Assembly (NCBI GenBank): GCA_040954595.2
Contig: CM082591.2
Location: 3,395,957-3,459,956, forward strand
Source: Balanoglossus misakiensis
Taxonomy: Eukaryota > Animalia > Hemichordata
Reading direction: 5' to 3'
DNA: 64,000 nucleotides
Shown: positions 51,630 to 62,961 of the stretch, in pieces
How positions within the stretch are numbered: the stretch's first letter is position 1
How the letters are laid out: the number at the start of each line of letters is the position of its first letter
Notes under the pieces: model-generated
Told to the model about the DNA's origin: nothing
Databases searched by the model: none
The model's input: only the letters and a program-made list of their open reading frames with translations
Made by a program: the position numbers and the translations under genes

Positions 51630-52133
51630 ATGGACACCATCACGTTATCACATATACTGAAGACCGATAGGTACACATCGCCCACCTTTGGTGGAATCAG
51701 GGCCTCGGATCAACTGCCGAAAAGACGCCTGAAAACTTTCCCAGCAGCTTATGTTGCCAACGTGGATCCAAGTACTCGACCTGGAAAACACTGGGTGGCG
51801 TTCTTTTTCCCCGGGGACAATCGGGGAGAATACTTTGACTCATATGGCCAACCACCAAAGCCGAACACTTTTGAAAAGTTTCTCAACAGAAACTGTGATA
51901 GATGGACCTACAATGGACAACGAATCCAAGGACCACTTTCTTCAGTATGCGGACAGTATGTCCTCTACTATTTGCTACATCGATGCCGCGGTTGGACCAT
52001 GGCCAATGTTGTGAAACAGTTTACCGAAGATTTGAATTTTAATGACTATTTAGTGAATGACATTATTGAGAAAATGACTGGTTTTGACTTTGATGTTCAC
52101 GATGTTAACTTTTTGCGTGCACAGTTTCAATAA
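51630..52133 (+). CDS. Adenain-like cysteine maturation protease, 167 aa
   Basis: ACCATGG start; GKHWVA (His), YFDSYG (Asp), IQ...SSVCGQY (Gln/Cys). Confidence 0.93.
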   Translation: MDTITLSHILKTDRYTSPTFGGIRASDQLPKRRLKTFPAAYVANVDPSTRPGKHWVAFFFPGDNRGEYFDSYGQPPKPNTFEKFLNRNCDRWTYNGQRIQGPLSSVCGQYVLYYLLHRCRGWTMANVVKQFTEDLNFNDYLVNDIIEKMTGFDFDVHDVNFLRAQFQ

Positions 52134-52501
52134 CTATTCTGGTGTTATATTGGTGCACTTTTGTTGTATTCCAGTGTTATTATTCTTGGTGTGTTGTTGA
52201 TTGGAGTTCATAAAACGAATATTAAACTGAAAGTGTTGTACGTCATTTAAGGCTCTGTTTGTCACATTATTTCCCTATTATGTACAAGCACACATCAGAC
52301 ACACACAAACAAGAATATCACAAAAGAAACCGATTCCTTTTTAAAAATGATGAAAGCTAAATTTATTTCTAAAAGCCAACAATGAACACTTTAAACAAGT
52401 AACAATACAATAGTAAAGTGGGAATTCAATTTACATTTTTTTTTTAAATGTCCGTGAAACAACAGCAATGAAAACACAAATTTCAAGCAAAAAAAAAAAA
52501 G

Positions 52502-52986
52502 TCAACAGCTGGAAGACTGGCTGGTTGTGGGCATTGATTCAATAATGTCGTTGCATAGTATCATTCCGTACACGGTGATGTTGTCCGATAAGGCTTCAAA
52601 ACACTCCTCCGGATCGTCAGCCCATCTGTACATCAGCAATTGTAAAAGTTCATCAACATCCATCAATCCAAAGGGGGAGCCATGTTCCATGTTGATGTCA
52701 GCAGTCGCAGCCATGGTCAAGAAACAATTCTCCACCATATGTAGGTTTACCCTCTCTGCTGCTGTTCCAAAATGTCGGGTAATCACTTCCCTCTTTCCGG
52801 CAGGTGTGGCACCGTAATACAAGCATTCGTGCTCTCTCTGTGACAGATAGTCATGTTGGCATCCCTCACAATTCTCGCTGATGATCTTATCCACTTCCGT
52901 TGCAATACATTTAGCATAAATGTATTTAAGAAGCTTCCGGGCTACTTTTCTGTCCAAATCATTTGGGCAAGAGGGTGGCATATACT
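52502..52986 (-). CDS. Cys/His-motif domain of unknown function; predicted exon 2 of the WW gene (or a stand-alone ORF from ATG 52981)
   Basis: CEGCQHDYLSQREHEC motif; preceded by a polypyrimidine tract and CAG acceptor ending at 52987. Confidence 0.7.
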
Positions 52987-53024
52987 CTGGAATAAACGAA
53001 ACAGGAACTGGGTGTGAGACGGTT

Positions 53025-53549
53025 TCAGTCACAATTCAGTGTCTTGACAGCATCATCCACACATCTCAGCATACATTTCAACTGACTCCACTCGTCTAGT
53101 CTCAAATTAATGCCTTTCTTGGTTGGTATCAGCTTTCCAGTGGCGGACTGTCTAAAGTAGTCACGAATGCCGACGTATACATAACCCTTGTAAGCCTTGA
53201 CACACACCATTCTGGCAGAGGTATCTGTTTCTCGCAGTGTGAAATGAAACTCCCGCTCACCTGTTTGGACGTTGGCATCTCTGTTGTCTGGTTGGGAGTT
53301 GGTGGGTTGGCTCAGTGAGGCCTCTGTGCTTGGAGAATCAAAGAGGGTGGGCGTTGCTGGTGGTTCCTGGGTAGGCTCGGGTGGGCTGGGACTGCCAAGG
53401 GGAGTGACTCCACGTTCAGGGACATCTGGTGGGGTCCAGCGACTTTCACTCGTCTTCACATTAAAGTAATATGGCATGCTGGCCTTTACAGAATAGCATT
53501 TGCGCCATCCCTGGTTGCACAGTGTTGGTGAAACATCTGGAGTAGCCAT
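53025..53549 (-). CDS. WW domain + Pro/Ser/Thr linker + PC4 ssDNA-binding/coactivator domain protein, 174 aa
   Basis: WW: GWRKCYSVKASMPYYFNVKTSESRWTPP. PC4: VCVKAYKGYVYVGIRDYF...PTKKGINLRLDEWSQLK. Confidence 0.85.
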   Translation of the reverse strand: MATPDVSPTLCNQGWRKCYSVKASMPYYFNVKTSESRWTPPDVPERGVTPLGSPSPPEPTQEPPATPTLFDSPSTEASLSQPTNSQPDNRDANVQTGEREFHFTLRETDTSARMVCVKAYKGYVYVGIRDYFRQSATGKLIPTKKGINLRLDEWSQLKCMLRCVDDAVKTLNCD

Positions 53550-53582
53550 AGCTGTATGTACACTGCTCGACAGTCAGAGCAC

Positions 53583-53686
53583 AAATGAGGCCCCTGAGTG
53601 GCCCCGATCTCTTTATAGTCACATCTCATTTGCATAATTTCAAATCACCCAATCAACTACCTCTTTTTTTTTCAGTCATCCAATCA
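53583..53686 (-). promoter_or_regulatory. Promoter of the WW gene: CCAAT boxes, octamer, TATA, Inr
   Basis: On the minus strand: TGATTGG at 53686 and 53655, octamer ATTTGCAT at 53628-53635 (plus-strand reading), TATAAAG at 53617, TCATTT with its A at 53586 (31 bp from the TATA), ATG at 53549. Confidence 0.6.
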
Positions 53687-53698
53687 GAATGGCATTAT

Positions 53699-54126
53699 AT
53701 CACCTCCACTGCCTCCTCTGCCTCCTCCCAACATCATGCTTTGCAGAAAGTCCACCAATCAAAGCACGTTCCATATATACTTAGTCATATCTCAATTTTC
53801 CACCAACTTAGGGGACCATGTCTGCCTCCTCCTCCTCCTCAGCTCCTCCTCCTCCTCTTCCTCCTCAGCTCCTCCTCAGCTCCTCCTCCTCTTCCTCCTC
53901 CTCCTCCTCCTCCTCCGCCTCCTCCTCCTCCTCCTCAGCTCCTCCTCCTCAGCTCCTCCTCAGCTCCTCCTCAGCTCCTCCTCAGCTCCTCCGCCTCCTC
54001 CTCAGCTCCTCCTCCTCAGCTCCTCCTCAGCTCCTCCTCCTCAGCTCCTCCTCCTCAGCTCCTCCTCAGCTCCTCCTCAGCTCCTCCTCCCCAAATCCGA
54101 GTGCTACGGCTCCAACCTATACTACT
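53699..54126 (-). repeat. Right terminal inverted repeat of the Polinton (428 bp)
   Basis: Mirror of 38726-39104 with an internal CCT/AGCTCCTCCTC array that is 49 bp longer. Confidence 0.95.
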
Positions 54127-54132
54127 GGTACA

Positions 54133-54739
54133 CGACGAATTGTCTCCCCAAACAAAAATAATCGTTATTGTCTGTGATCCAGTGAGGCGTGCAGTTTCGG
54201 ACTTCCAACATTCAAGTCATGCAGTGCTTGTTAACACGACCCACCGATATTGGCATTATACACTCAAGGACACGTTCGAGAAATCTCTGTTAGAAGCCAA
54301 CAATAACTACTCTATCAACCATCACAATGAACTGGTCGACACTGGTATTTATGTGAAACATATTCAGCGATGGTTAGATTACTTTCCCCGGGAACAGATT
54401 CATGTCGTCGATACTGGAAAACTCAAGTCGTCGCCAGTTGCAGAGTTACAGAAAGTGGAACATTTCCTACAAATAAGACCTTTCTTTGACGACAGTCATT
54501 TTCGCTTAGATCAGAAACGAGGTCACTGGTGTCTCAGATTTCCGTCTAACATGTGTTCTGGTAGCGGCAGGAGACACCCACCAGTTGATAGTAAAGTAAT
54601 TGGGCTTCTAAGCGAATTTTATTCACCGTACAATCGCTACCTGTGTGAAGTTCTTCGGCAAAGATTCTCATGGGTGGATGACGCGCAGATGCTGCCATCT
54701 TGGAAGATGGACACCCAAAATAAATCTTTAGCATTGTAA
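54133..54739 (+). pseudogene. HS3ST-like paralogue 4, 3' half
   Basis: Resumes (H)DELSPQTKIIVIVCDPVRRAVSDF...GRRHP after the TSD. Joining 38184-38725 to 54133-54739 gives 1149 nt, an intact 382-aa ORF. Confidence 0.92.
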
Positions 54740-57700
54740 TTGGAAGATGGCATAACCATGTGTTGATTAAGAGTTTCCACTAAGATGGATTATTATCGTT
54801 TATTTAAAAATAATTAGTCTTTTGAAAAATATTATTAAACTGTGTTAACATTGAGCTGTGTCATGAACTTCTATTAATTTTAATTTGCTCTGTACCGTGA
54901 CTTTTCTGTTTATAAACCCACCATAGGTACTAGTACACAGATTTGGTTCGGCCATCTTTGTCTATAATCTCTGCACTAGGCTTGACCTTTAGTTGGGGTT
55001 TCATTTCTACCTCGCACACGGTTTCGCCTGAGTTACATTTTTTCAACGAACCGGAAATTCCCTGAAGCACCTTGCTGACGTACAATATCTACCACTAGAA
55101 TAACTTGAACTTTACATATTTCGAGAAAAAAATGAAAGAAAACTGTCAACTTACATTTAGAATTGCGGTTGGCAGCCAGGAGACAACGCATCCTCAATTT
55201 CCGTTCAGTCGCTTTCCATAACCGATGGTGTAAGTACAGTATCCTCAATGGGGCTACAAAATTCTTGAAAAAAATCCAGTTCATATCGTCATACCTTCAC
55301 TTTCACTTGGCTGTCGGAAATTGCTCCGTGTAATGAACAGGTCGCTGTTGTCACCACGTTCGGCCATGTTGTTTGCAGGTCAACGACTGAGTCTCAAATG
55401 ACGGAAGCAGTACTTCACTGACCATCTGGCAAACGAACTGTCTGACAACTAACCAATCAAAACCTGTCATTCACCAGGTGCATTTTGCGTAGCTTGTGAT
55501 TGGTTGATGTGATTGAGAAGTTGATTAGCATACTCGCAATAACAGATGCTGTGTTGTGAGCAGGACAATTTTCCCCTGTGTTGTGCAACCGTTCAGATAT
55601 TGAACTGTATGGGACTAGATTTGGTCATGTACTTCACATTTAATGTTACTCTACGTATTAAAGATGTCAGCATGCATGCACTTAACTACAAAACATCTTG
55701 ATATTGAGTTCATCTTATATTTTGACATGTAGCCTACTTCCTATTGACTTAATTTCGATCAGGACTCTACGCTCCATGGTTGGCATACAAAGATGGGAGG
55801 TCACGAACCCCCCTCTCCGATTGGACTGGCGTTTACAAAAAGCATGTATGATTTTAAGGGCATTAGACCATGGCAAGTTGGTATTAGAAGGTTGAAATAA
55901 TATTAGAATCGTTAACAGCAGGAAAATGCTATGGTATAGTGAGGCTTTATTTGTATAAACTGAGATTTAAAATGAAATATCGGGAAAGTAAACTACTGGC
56001 TACATCACCATTTAACTAAAATTGCAACACATGGTAAAGCTGTATAAGCAAATTTACACAAAAATCCATTCCTTGACTATAAAAAATGCAGACACTGTAT
56101 AAAAAGTGTTTCTTGTATGCACCGTTTTTATATTTTTTAACTTAATCTTTATGAAAATAAGAAACTTTGTTTCTTTTGCGAAAGAGGTACCAATCATCCT
56201 AATCAAAATGCATTGCATTTGCATCATCCTAAAAAAGTAAATTGTTTCCAGTTATTTTATTATTTTCAAGTTTCCACAGAATTGAGAAACATTAATGCAC
56301 ACTCAATTGGCTAACGCAGCATGAAAAGCAGCAACAGTAACTTAACCTACCCTCAGTTCAAGTGGTATGGCCCATCCGTACATAGAAAACAAAGGCACTG
56401 CTGTATTGTAGATACTCCAAGGGGTAATTTTGTACTGTATTGAAATATTGCAAACCTAATATTAAACGACCAAGAAGAGCACTTCATTGAAAAACATTTT
56501 AGTTTATGGAAGACAAATTTGCAGCATGTGTTTGTACACTTGTCTGCCACCCCCATTTCAAGTCAGATGGATCGATCTACAATTGCACTGACAGGCGGTT
56601 AAACTAAAGTCACAGAAAGCAATTAAACACCATCTAAATTGTAAATAAGAAGGAAAAGATATTTCACAACGACATACACTGCTTGATTTTCTCAAATAGA
56701 ATACTTCTTTATCATGGTTGATCTATTGAGCTGAAAACTATGGTATCTGGTACTTATGAAACTACAAAAAAGTTCCCTATGAAAACTATTCTACTTTTGA
56801 AAGGTTTGCCCTCCTGTTGCTATACAAAAAACTTGAGAAACGACAAAAGGAAAATCAACTACCTTGTCCATGACCTATAAATAAAATCACTATGTACAAA
56901 TGTAAACCAAAACTTTGTCCAAATACTTTGAGAAATTTCATTTGAACTGTCAAATAGTGCGGCAATCTACAAATAGAGAAAATCAGTGATTACTTTACAT
57001 GGAGAATTAACACTACTGGCTGGGGTCATTATAAATATTTGTATTTACTGTTTCTAATCATTATCAAAATTCACATTAGTTATAACAGAAGATGAGTCGT
57101 ACAGTAGTTCTTAAACTGACCAAGTTAACGAAGATGTAAATTGTTTAGAATAGAACCCTTTACTTGTACAACAATAACCTTGTACACCGAAAAAAAGTAA
57201 AATTCTCTGATTGCATATACTAGAACAAAATAAAGCACTAATGAATATTAAGAGTGCATAGACATGACACGTAAAATATTTAATGACGGGAAGCAGAAAT
57301 TATATCAGCTTGACAATTAGATGCTGAGAATGTCTGAATATTCGTCTGATTTTTGTGTACTTATCAGTGATTGCAAGCTATTTTTCTTTGAACGAATCGC
57401 AAGATAACTGATGTTAAACTAAGAATTTTTAATGTCTCCCATTAAAAAACAAACTATGGGGAGACATCAACCTTCACTTTTCCATCTCAAATATTTTATA
57501 AACCTAACAACAACAAATAACTATACAGAAGATATTCATATTTTACAAAAAGGTTCCTGCTATATACGATTGCTGAAAATTGCAAACATAAAAAAAAATT
57601 GTGCGAAAGCACTTGAAAATTATTTACACAAATAAACCCAATGCATTTGCCGAATTGGTGCTAAAATTTCTGGCAGTGATCTAATTAAGAGCAGAGATAA

Positions 57701-58258
57701 TGCAGGGATAAACAAATTTATCAAATTCCCTTCAACTAAACTATCGTAATTATTCATGGACTGCTCTCCGATAAGAAACTTCACATTCCACCAAATTGGT
57801 CATTCCAGAACATCAGTGATGAAGAAAAGGCACTTTGTGTTATCTTAACAATCAATTGTACCATGTACATATTTCCAATTGGAAAACACATTATTTTTTG
57901 ATAAAAAATATATTTTTGTTTCTTTAAACTAAAGGTTCAATCTTTACATTAATGAACACAGAGTTCATTCGTTATAACAAAATGTTTCATGGTGATTTTC
58001 ATATACTATTTTGGAGACAAACTTTTGAAAAATATAACCTATGAGTCTTATGAAATTTAATATATAGCATTCTAGTATAATACCATTCTCAAAAAAACTA
58101 TTTTTAATTATTCTTAAATATATATATTGATGCTAAAAGCTTTGCACGTCGGTAACTGTTAACTACAAAAAGGACTTTTTCGAGAAATGTTTACCAGTAA
58201 TCAACATGATCATTCGCATGGAATTTCATGAGACTGTGTCATCCGAACTTGGTTCAAA

Positions 58259-61200
58259 TCAGAGGTTTGCATATTTCTCTTCTGTCTGAGGATGCACGAA
58301 GGAGCCACCATTAGTAATGGGACTGGCATGTGATGAGCTTGTGGACATCGTTGTGGTGATGTGAAGCTCCACTTCCTCGTTTGAGTCGTGCTTTGGCTGG
58401 TGTTTTGCTGAGGGGAAAAAAATTCATGGTAAAATTAATTCTCTTGTACAGGCTGCAGATTGCCCACTCTAAGTACATGTGATAAGCAGCGTCATCATTT
58501 CCGGGTCGAAAGCCTGTAACAGCCCAAACAGCCCTTTGAGCTCAGCGCCCCTGTAGCTGTAGACCAGCTATTGCGAATCACAACCAGTCATTTTTTTTCA
58601 CACCATTTGCAGCTAGAAAGCAGCAATCACACAGCAATATCCAATCCCAAAATTTGACAGTCGCCATGCTTGTAGCTGCTTCTGGGCAGGATATGTTGGG
58701 CAAGATATGATGTTCTGTATATATGCATTTTTTGCTAGTTTTAAGAGACAAGAACTGTACAACCCTTCCACCACCAGTCTTCCTGTAAATTTTACATGCA
58801 AAAAAGCATGCGAAAGTAGTTTTCACAAAAAGCAGTTTTTGATTAAGACACAGAAATGAGTGTAAGGAGACACGTTTGAAGGCATATGGACACTAGCATA
58901 CATGTGTTAACTGTGATATTGTATCCTACTGCTTTGAGGGAAAGTGGCCATAGATTCAGGTCTTAGCTCCCTGTATCAAGCTCACATATCCAGCATTCTG
59001 CTTGTTAACAACGCCTGCATATGTGTAACAACTTAACCTTTGCCACTGTTAACAAATGAATTCACAAGAGGACTGAATTTACACATAAACTAAGCCCTGT
59101 TGATAAGATTGTGAGAGCCACAACACTGTGGTTGACACATAGAGCAAAACTATCCTGAACAAACAGCCCCAAATTACAGCTATTTAAGCTTTTAAGTAGG
59201 CAAAGCTAAGCTTGTTTAACATCAGATGTTGCTATACAAAAACAGGCGGTAGACAGGGGCTTTAGGGTTGCTTGCCACGTAACAGCTTTAGTTTGACCCT
59301 AAAGCCTCTAATGCTGAGGTGCTGAGCACGTCTGTGGAAAACCCTGGTGGAAGGGCTAATGTGCGGCGGTTTTCTTTTCAGCTAATTTTAACGGCAGCTT
59401 TGCAAAGTAAAATAATCCATCATACTTTGTGAGTGGTTATGTGCTCACTTTCTATGTCTCTTCCTTTCCAACTACAAGAGAATAATTAAAACAGATCATC
59501 ACAACAACAGAGTGGAGAACGAATACATGACAATGGCTCTCACTGGAGAACAAATGTGTCCAATCCTGACAAGAAATTCATACAATGTACATGGACACTA
59601 CTCTAGATATTACAACTGAAACCCGTTCTGTCTTTCTCTTGGAAACAAAAATTATCCCTGCCAATTCTTTCTCATGTTATATTTTGGTAGATACTATCTC
59701 ATTCTATCATCAAACACTGGCAGTTAAAATTAAGGTTACAGAACCTCTTATAAAACCATGAAATTCCTACCTGCCATCGCTTTGGTTGCTGCTTTCACTT
59801 CTTGGGCCAACGCAGCTCTGACGGACAACAACTCTTCTCGTCTATGTTTCTCCTCCTCAATCTTCCCTTTGACAGCCACTACTTCTTCTTCCGTGTCCAT
59901 CTTGTACCAATCAGACATACTGTAAAATAAGCACGCAGATTAATAGACTGTAGTGTAAAATAAGTATGCAAATTTACTTGCTCAGGGATCATGAAGTTGC
60001 CAGTCCACAAGGTAGATGTTAGCTGGTTTATCATGAGTTAACACACACAGTAAGTGAAAATACTGTCCAAATTTGACATGATCTGCACACATGTATGGTA
60101 TAGGGACAAATGTAACAAGGAAGATGTCTATGTGTTAACCAGCTGAATCATTCATTGTTCAATAAAGTGTGTCTCAAATCATATATATTGACTGGCCCTA
60201 TTTGGACAACAGCCTGACACCTATCTCCCCTCAGGCCTGTGAGTCATGTACCCCACAACGGTCTACATGTACTTCTTAGGACCATATGCTGATACTTCAT
60301 GTCCAGTCCACATATGTATGCTGTGACATACAGTAGTGCACAATTAAAGTACATGTGCTGTGAAACTATTCGATCTACCTTCGACATAACACATCTAAAT
60401 GTAAGACAACTATATTTCTATTGTTAGCCAGGTAAAGGGTAAACCTGATTCTACGGTAAAAGAACAACACCTAAGTAAACATAAAAAGTTCAAACTATTT
60501 TCTCATCCCACTACATTAAACTGAATTAACAAATTATTTGCAAAAGTTGGATGAAGATTTCCCCACACCCTATAACAGAGATTCATTTTTAAACCCAATT
60601 TTAATCAATCAGCTAAATTGAAAGTGCTGTGTATCTACAGTTCTTGTACAATTTCTTAAAGGATGATGGAATACTCACTACTCTGCATGTACTAAAACCT
60701 TCTATGGTTAGTTTTAATATCAATTATTTCTGCTCAAGCATTTCCTTGATTAAAGTATATTAAAGTAAACTCATCATCGCCTTAACCAATTACAAACATT
60801 AATTTAAAAATACAGTACATGTAAAGATTAACAGTGCCTATGTGTATCTATGGAAATATTAACATAAAGTGCTATGACAACACACTGCAAAGCAAAACAA
60901 CACAACACAAAACAAAACACATGACAAAATACAAAAACAAAGATTATGTGAGATGGGGAGTGTCTCACACTATTGTTTTTTCAATTTTAGCCTACATGCA
61001 AACTAGTCAGTAGGATAAAAAATATATGAAACTAAGCTAAGATCAGTGCTGGCTAATGTTACACATCAAAGTGTGGCCTTTACTTACAAGTCCCGGGGGT
61101 GCCAATCTTGTAGACTGAAGAGAGGAAAGAAACAAGAGGAAAAAAACAAGAGACATGACAGATGTTCCACAAACAACATGCGTAAAGAAGAATAGAGAGA

Positions 61201-62961
61201 GAACAGCGAACACTGATTAAGCTCTTACAATTACAAAGACACACAAATGAATTCTTTTGCACATGGTAAGAATATATTGCCCGTTAGGTCAACTATTGCA
61301 TTGACAAATCTTCATGTTAAATATATGTTCAGCTAATGTGAATAAAATTTGCACATATTAATGTTCATGTGTTAATTTGAATATGATTAATCTAATTCAT
61401 CTAATAGTTTTATTTACATATTAGCAGTTAAATTTTATAAGTATTATGTACACGTGTCTCTTAATGTGGTATTATATTGAAAAATTTCACATGTATTATT
61501 TTGACGTGCAGAATTGTTTTTCAATTAATAGTCTAAAATTACTAAATTCCTGATAAGATTTCACTTCTAAAAATTACAATATGTCCAAAACATTAGCCTT
61601 GGAAACCTGTTGGTGAAGTAAATATTTTATGTGGTATGAGACAGCAAATGAGGAACACATGAAAACAGACATACAAAGCAGCCATGATGCAGGATTTTTC
61701 GCACAGTAAATTACATGACACTGGACTCAATGGGTCTCAAGTTATGAGTGGAACAAAATCTGTCTATAAAAGATGGACACATTGTGGCAACATAGGACAC
61801 CACCAAAATGTCCAGTACACCACTGTAAAGTGGTGATAGGGTTATAACTCTGAGACTTTGAATGATGTTGCATATTGATCAAGTCCCAGTGTCTTGACTC
61901 TTGAGTCTCAGATATAAACTGATGTAAGGAAACAGGTTTTCATTAATCTGGAAAAAACGCAAAATCAACAGAACAAGACTAAACAATTAAGCAAAATCAC
62001 ACATTTTATAAATTTCTTACCTAAAGTTTGACAGCATTTTCTTGAGATGTTCAACCCTTTCTTCCTTCTTTGCCGCTTCTTCCGGAGAAATCGTCTCATC
62101 TTCTGTTTCTGGAACATATCTTTCCGGTATCAGTACTTTCGGTGGAAGACCAAGCTACAGGAAGGAATCAAAATATAACATATTACCCTCATGGAAAATG
62201 GGCATTTGATAGAGGTTTGATGTGTCAGCCATCTTGCATGCAACTAACATTCACCTACAACATTGACATAGTTAATACTCAACACAAGAGCAATGGAAAA
62301 TTGACATATAAAAACAGGTGCTGGTATAAAATATCCACATGCTAAAGAAAACTGCGCTGGAAACCTACGCAGAAATCTGTGAGCAGCTTGTCGTAGGGTT
62401 CAGCTCCGAAGAACTGGTCGCGGAGATATTTTTTCTTGGCATGGAGATATGAGCTGGGACTCACAGGCTCATCTTGTGAGAGCTCTATGCAGTCATTGCC
62501 GATGGATGGACTTAACTGAGGGTGATGGTTGACAGTTATGAGTGATAATGAGTGACAATGTAACACACAGACATAACAAGAGATCAGTAAAGATGGACAG
62601 AGAGAGAAAAAGAAAGAAAGAAATACAGTTAGTCTGTATTGTAGGGTATTTTATTAAGATGAATGATTGTTGGGAGAGAAAGATGGTGACAGACAACCTA
62701 ACAAGAAGATGTTATTTTAATGATAGACCCTGTTTATACATAAGTACTAGCTACTTCTTTAAAAATATACAATTTGTAATTATAGGGCAAGTGTCAGGTC
62801 CCTGGCAAACTTACCAGTCCAAAACCCGTGGTTTCATCCTTCTCAACACTTTTATTTTCACCTATGACGTAGTCAGGTGAGAGGTACCCTGAGCCCATCG
62901 GTGCATCAAGCGACTGCATAGCTCTCTCGATTTCTAAGATGGCCATGTCATCTCTTGCTTT
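58259..62961 (-). CDS. PLEKHA5/6/7-like protein, 3' exons (5' part outside the window)
   Basis: Exons 62815-62961, 62369-62515, 62021-62154, (61088-61114), 59771-59919 and 58259-58407 join in frame. PPKVLIPERYVPE...SPEE...ERVEHLKKMLS and EEEKHRREELLSVRAALAQEV resemble the C-terminal region of PLEKHA6/7 as recalled. Confidence 0.65.

Larger units (their letters stand above)
38726..54126 (+). mobile_element. Full-length Polinton/Maverick (adintovirus-like endogenous dsDNA virus), 15,401 bp
   Basis: Termini AGTAGTATAGG...CCTATACTACT; 6-bp TSD GGTACA (38720-38725, 54127-54132); long TIRs; uninterrupted pPolB, ATPase, integrase, mCP, MCP and protease ORFs. Confidence 0.98.

Noticed and set aside
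55030-55520. GC-richer patch with a minus-strand ATG (MAERGDNSDLFITR...) and CCAAT-like motifs
   Set aside because: The frame closes quickly and no downstream exons were found; possibly a decayed transposon fragment, but unsupported.
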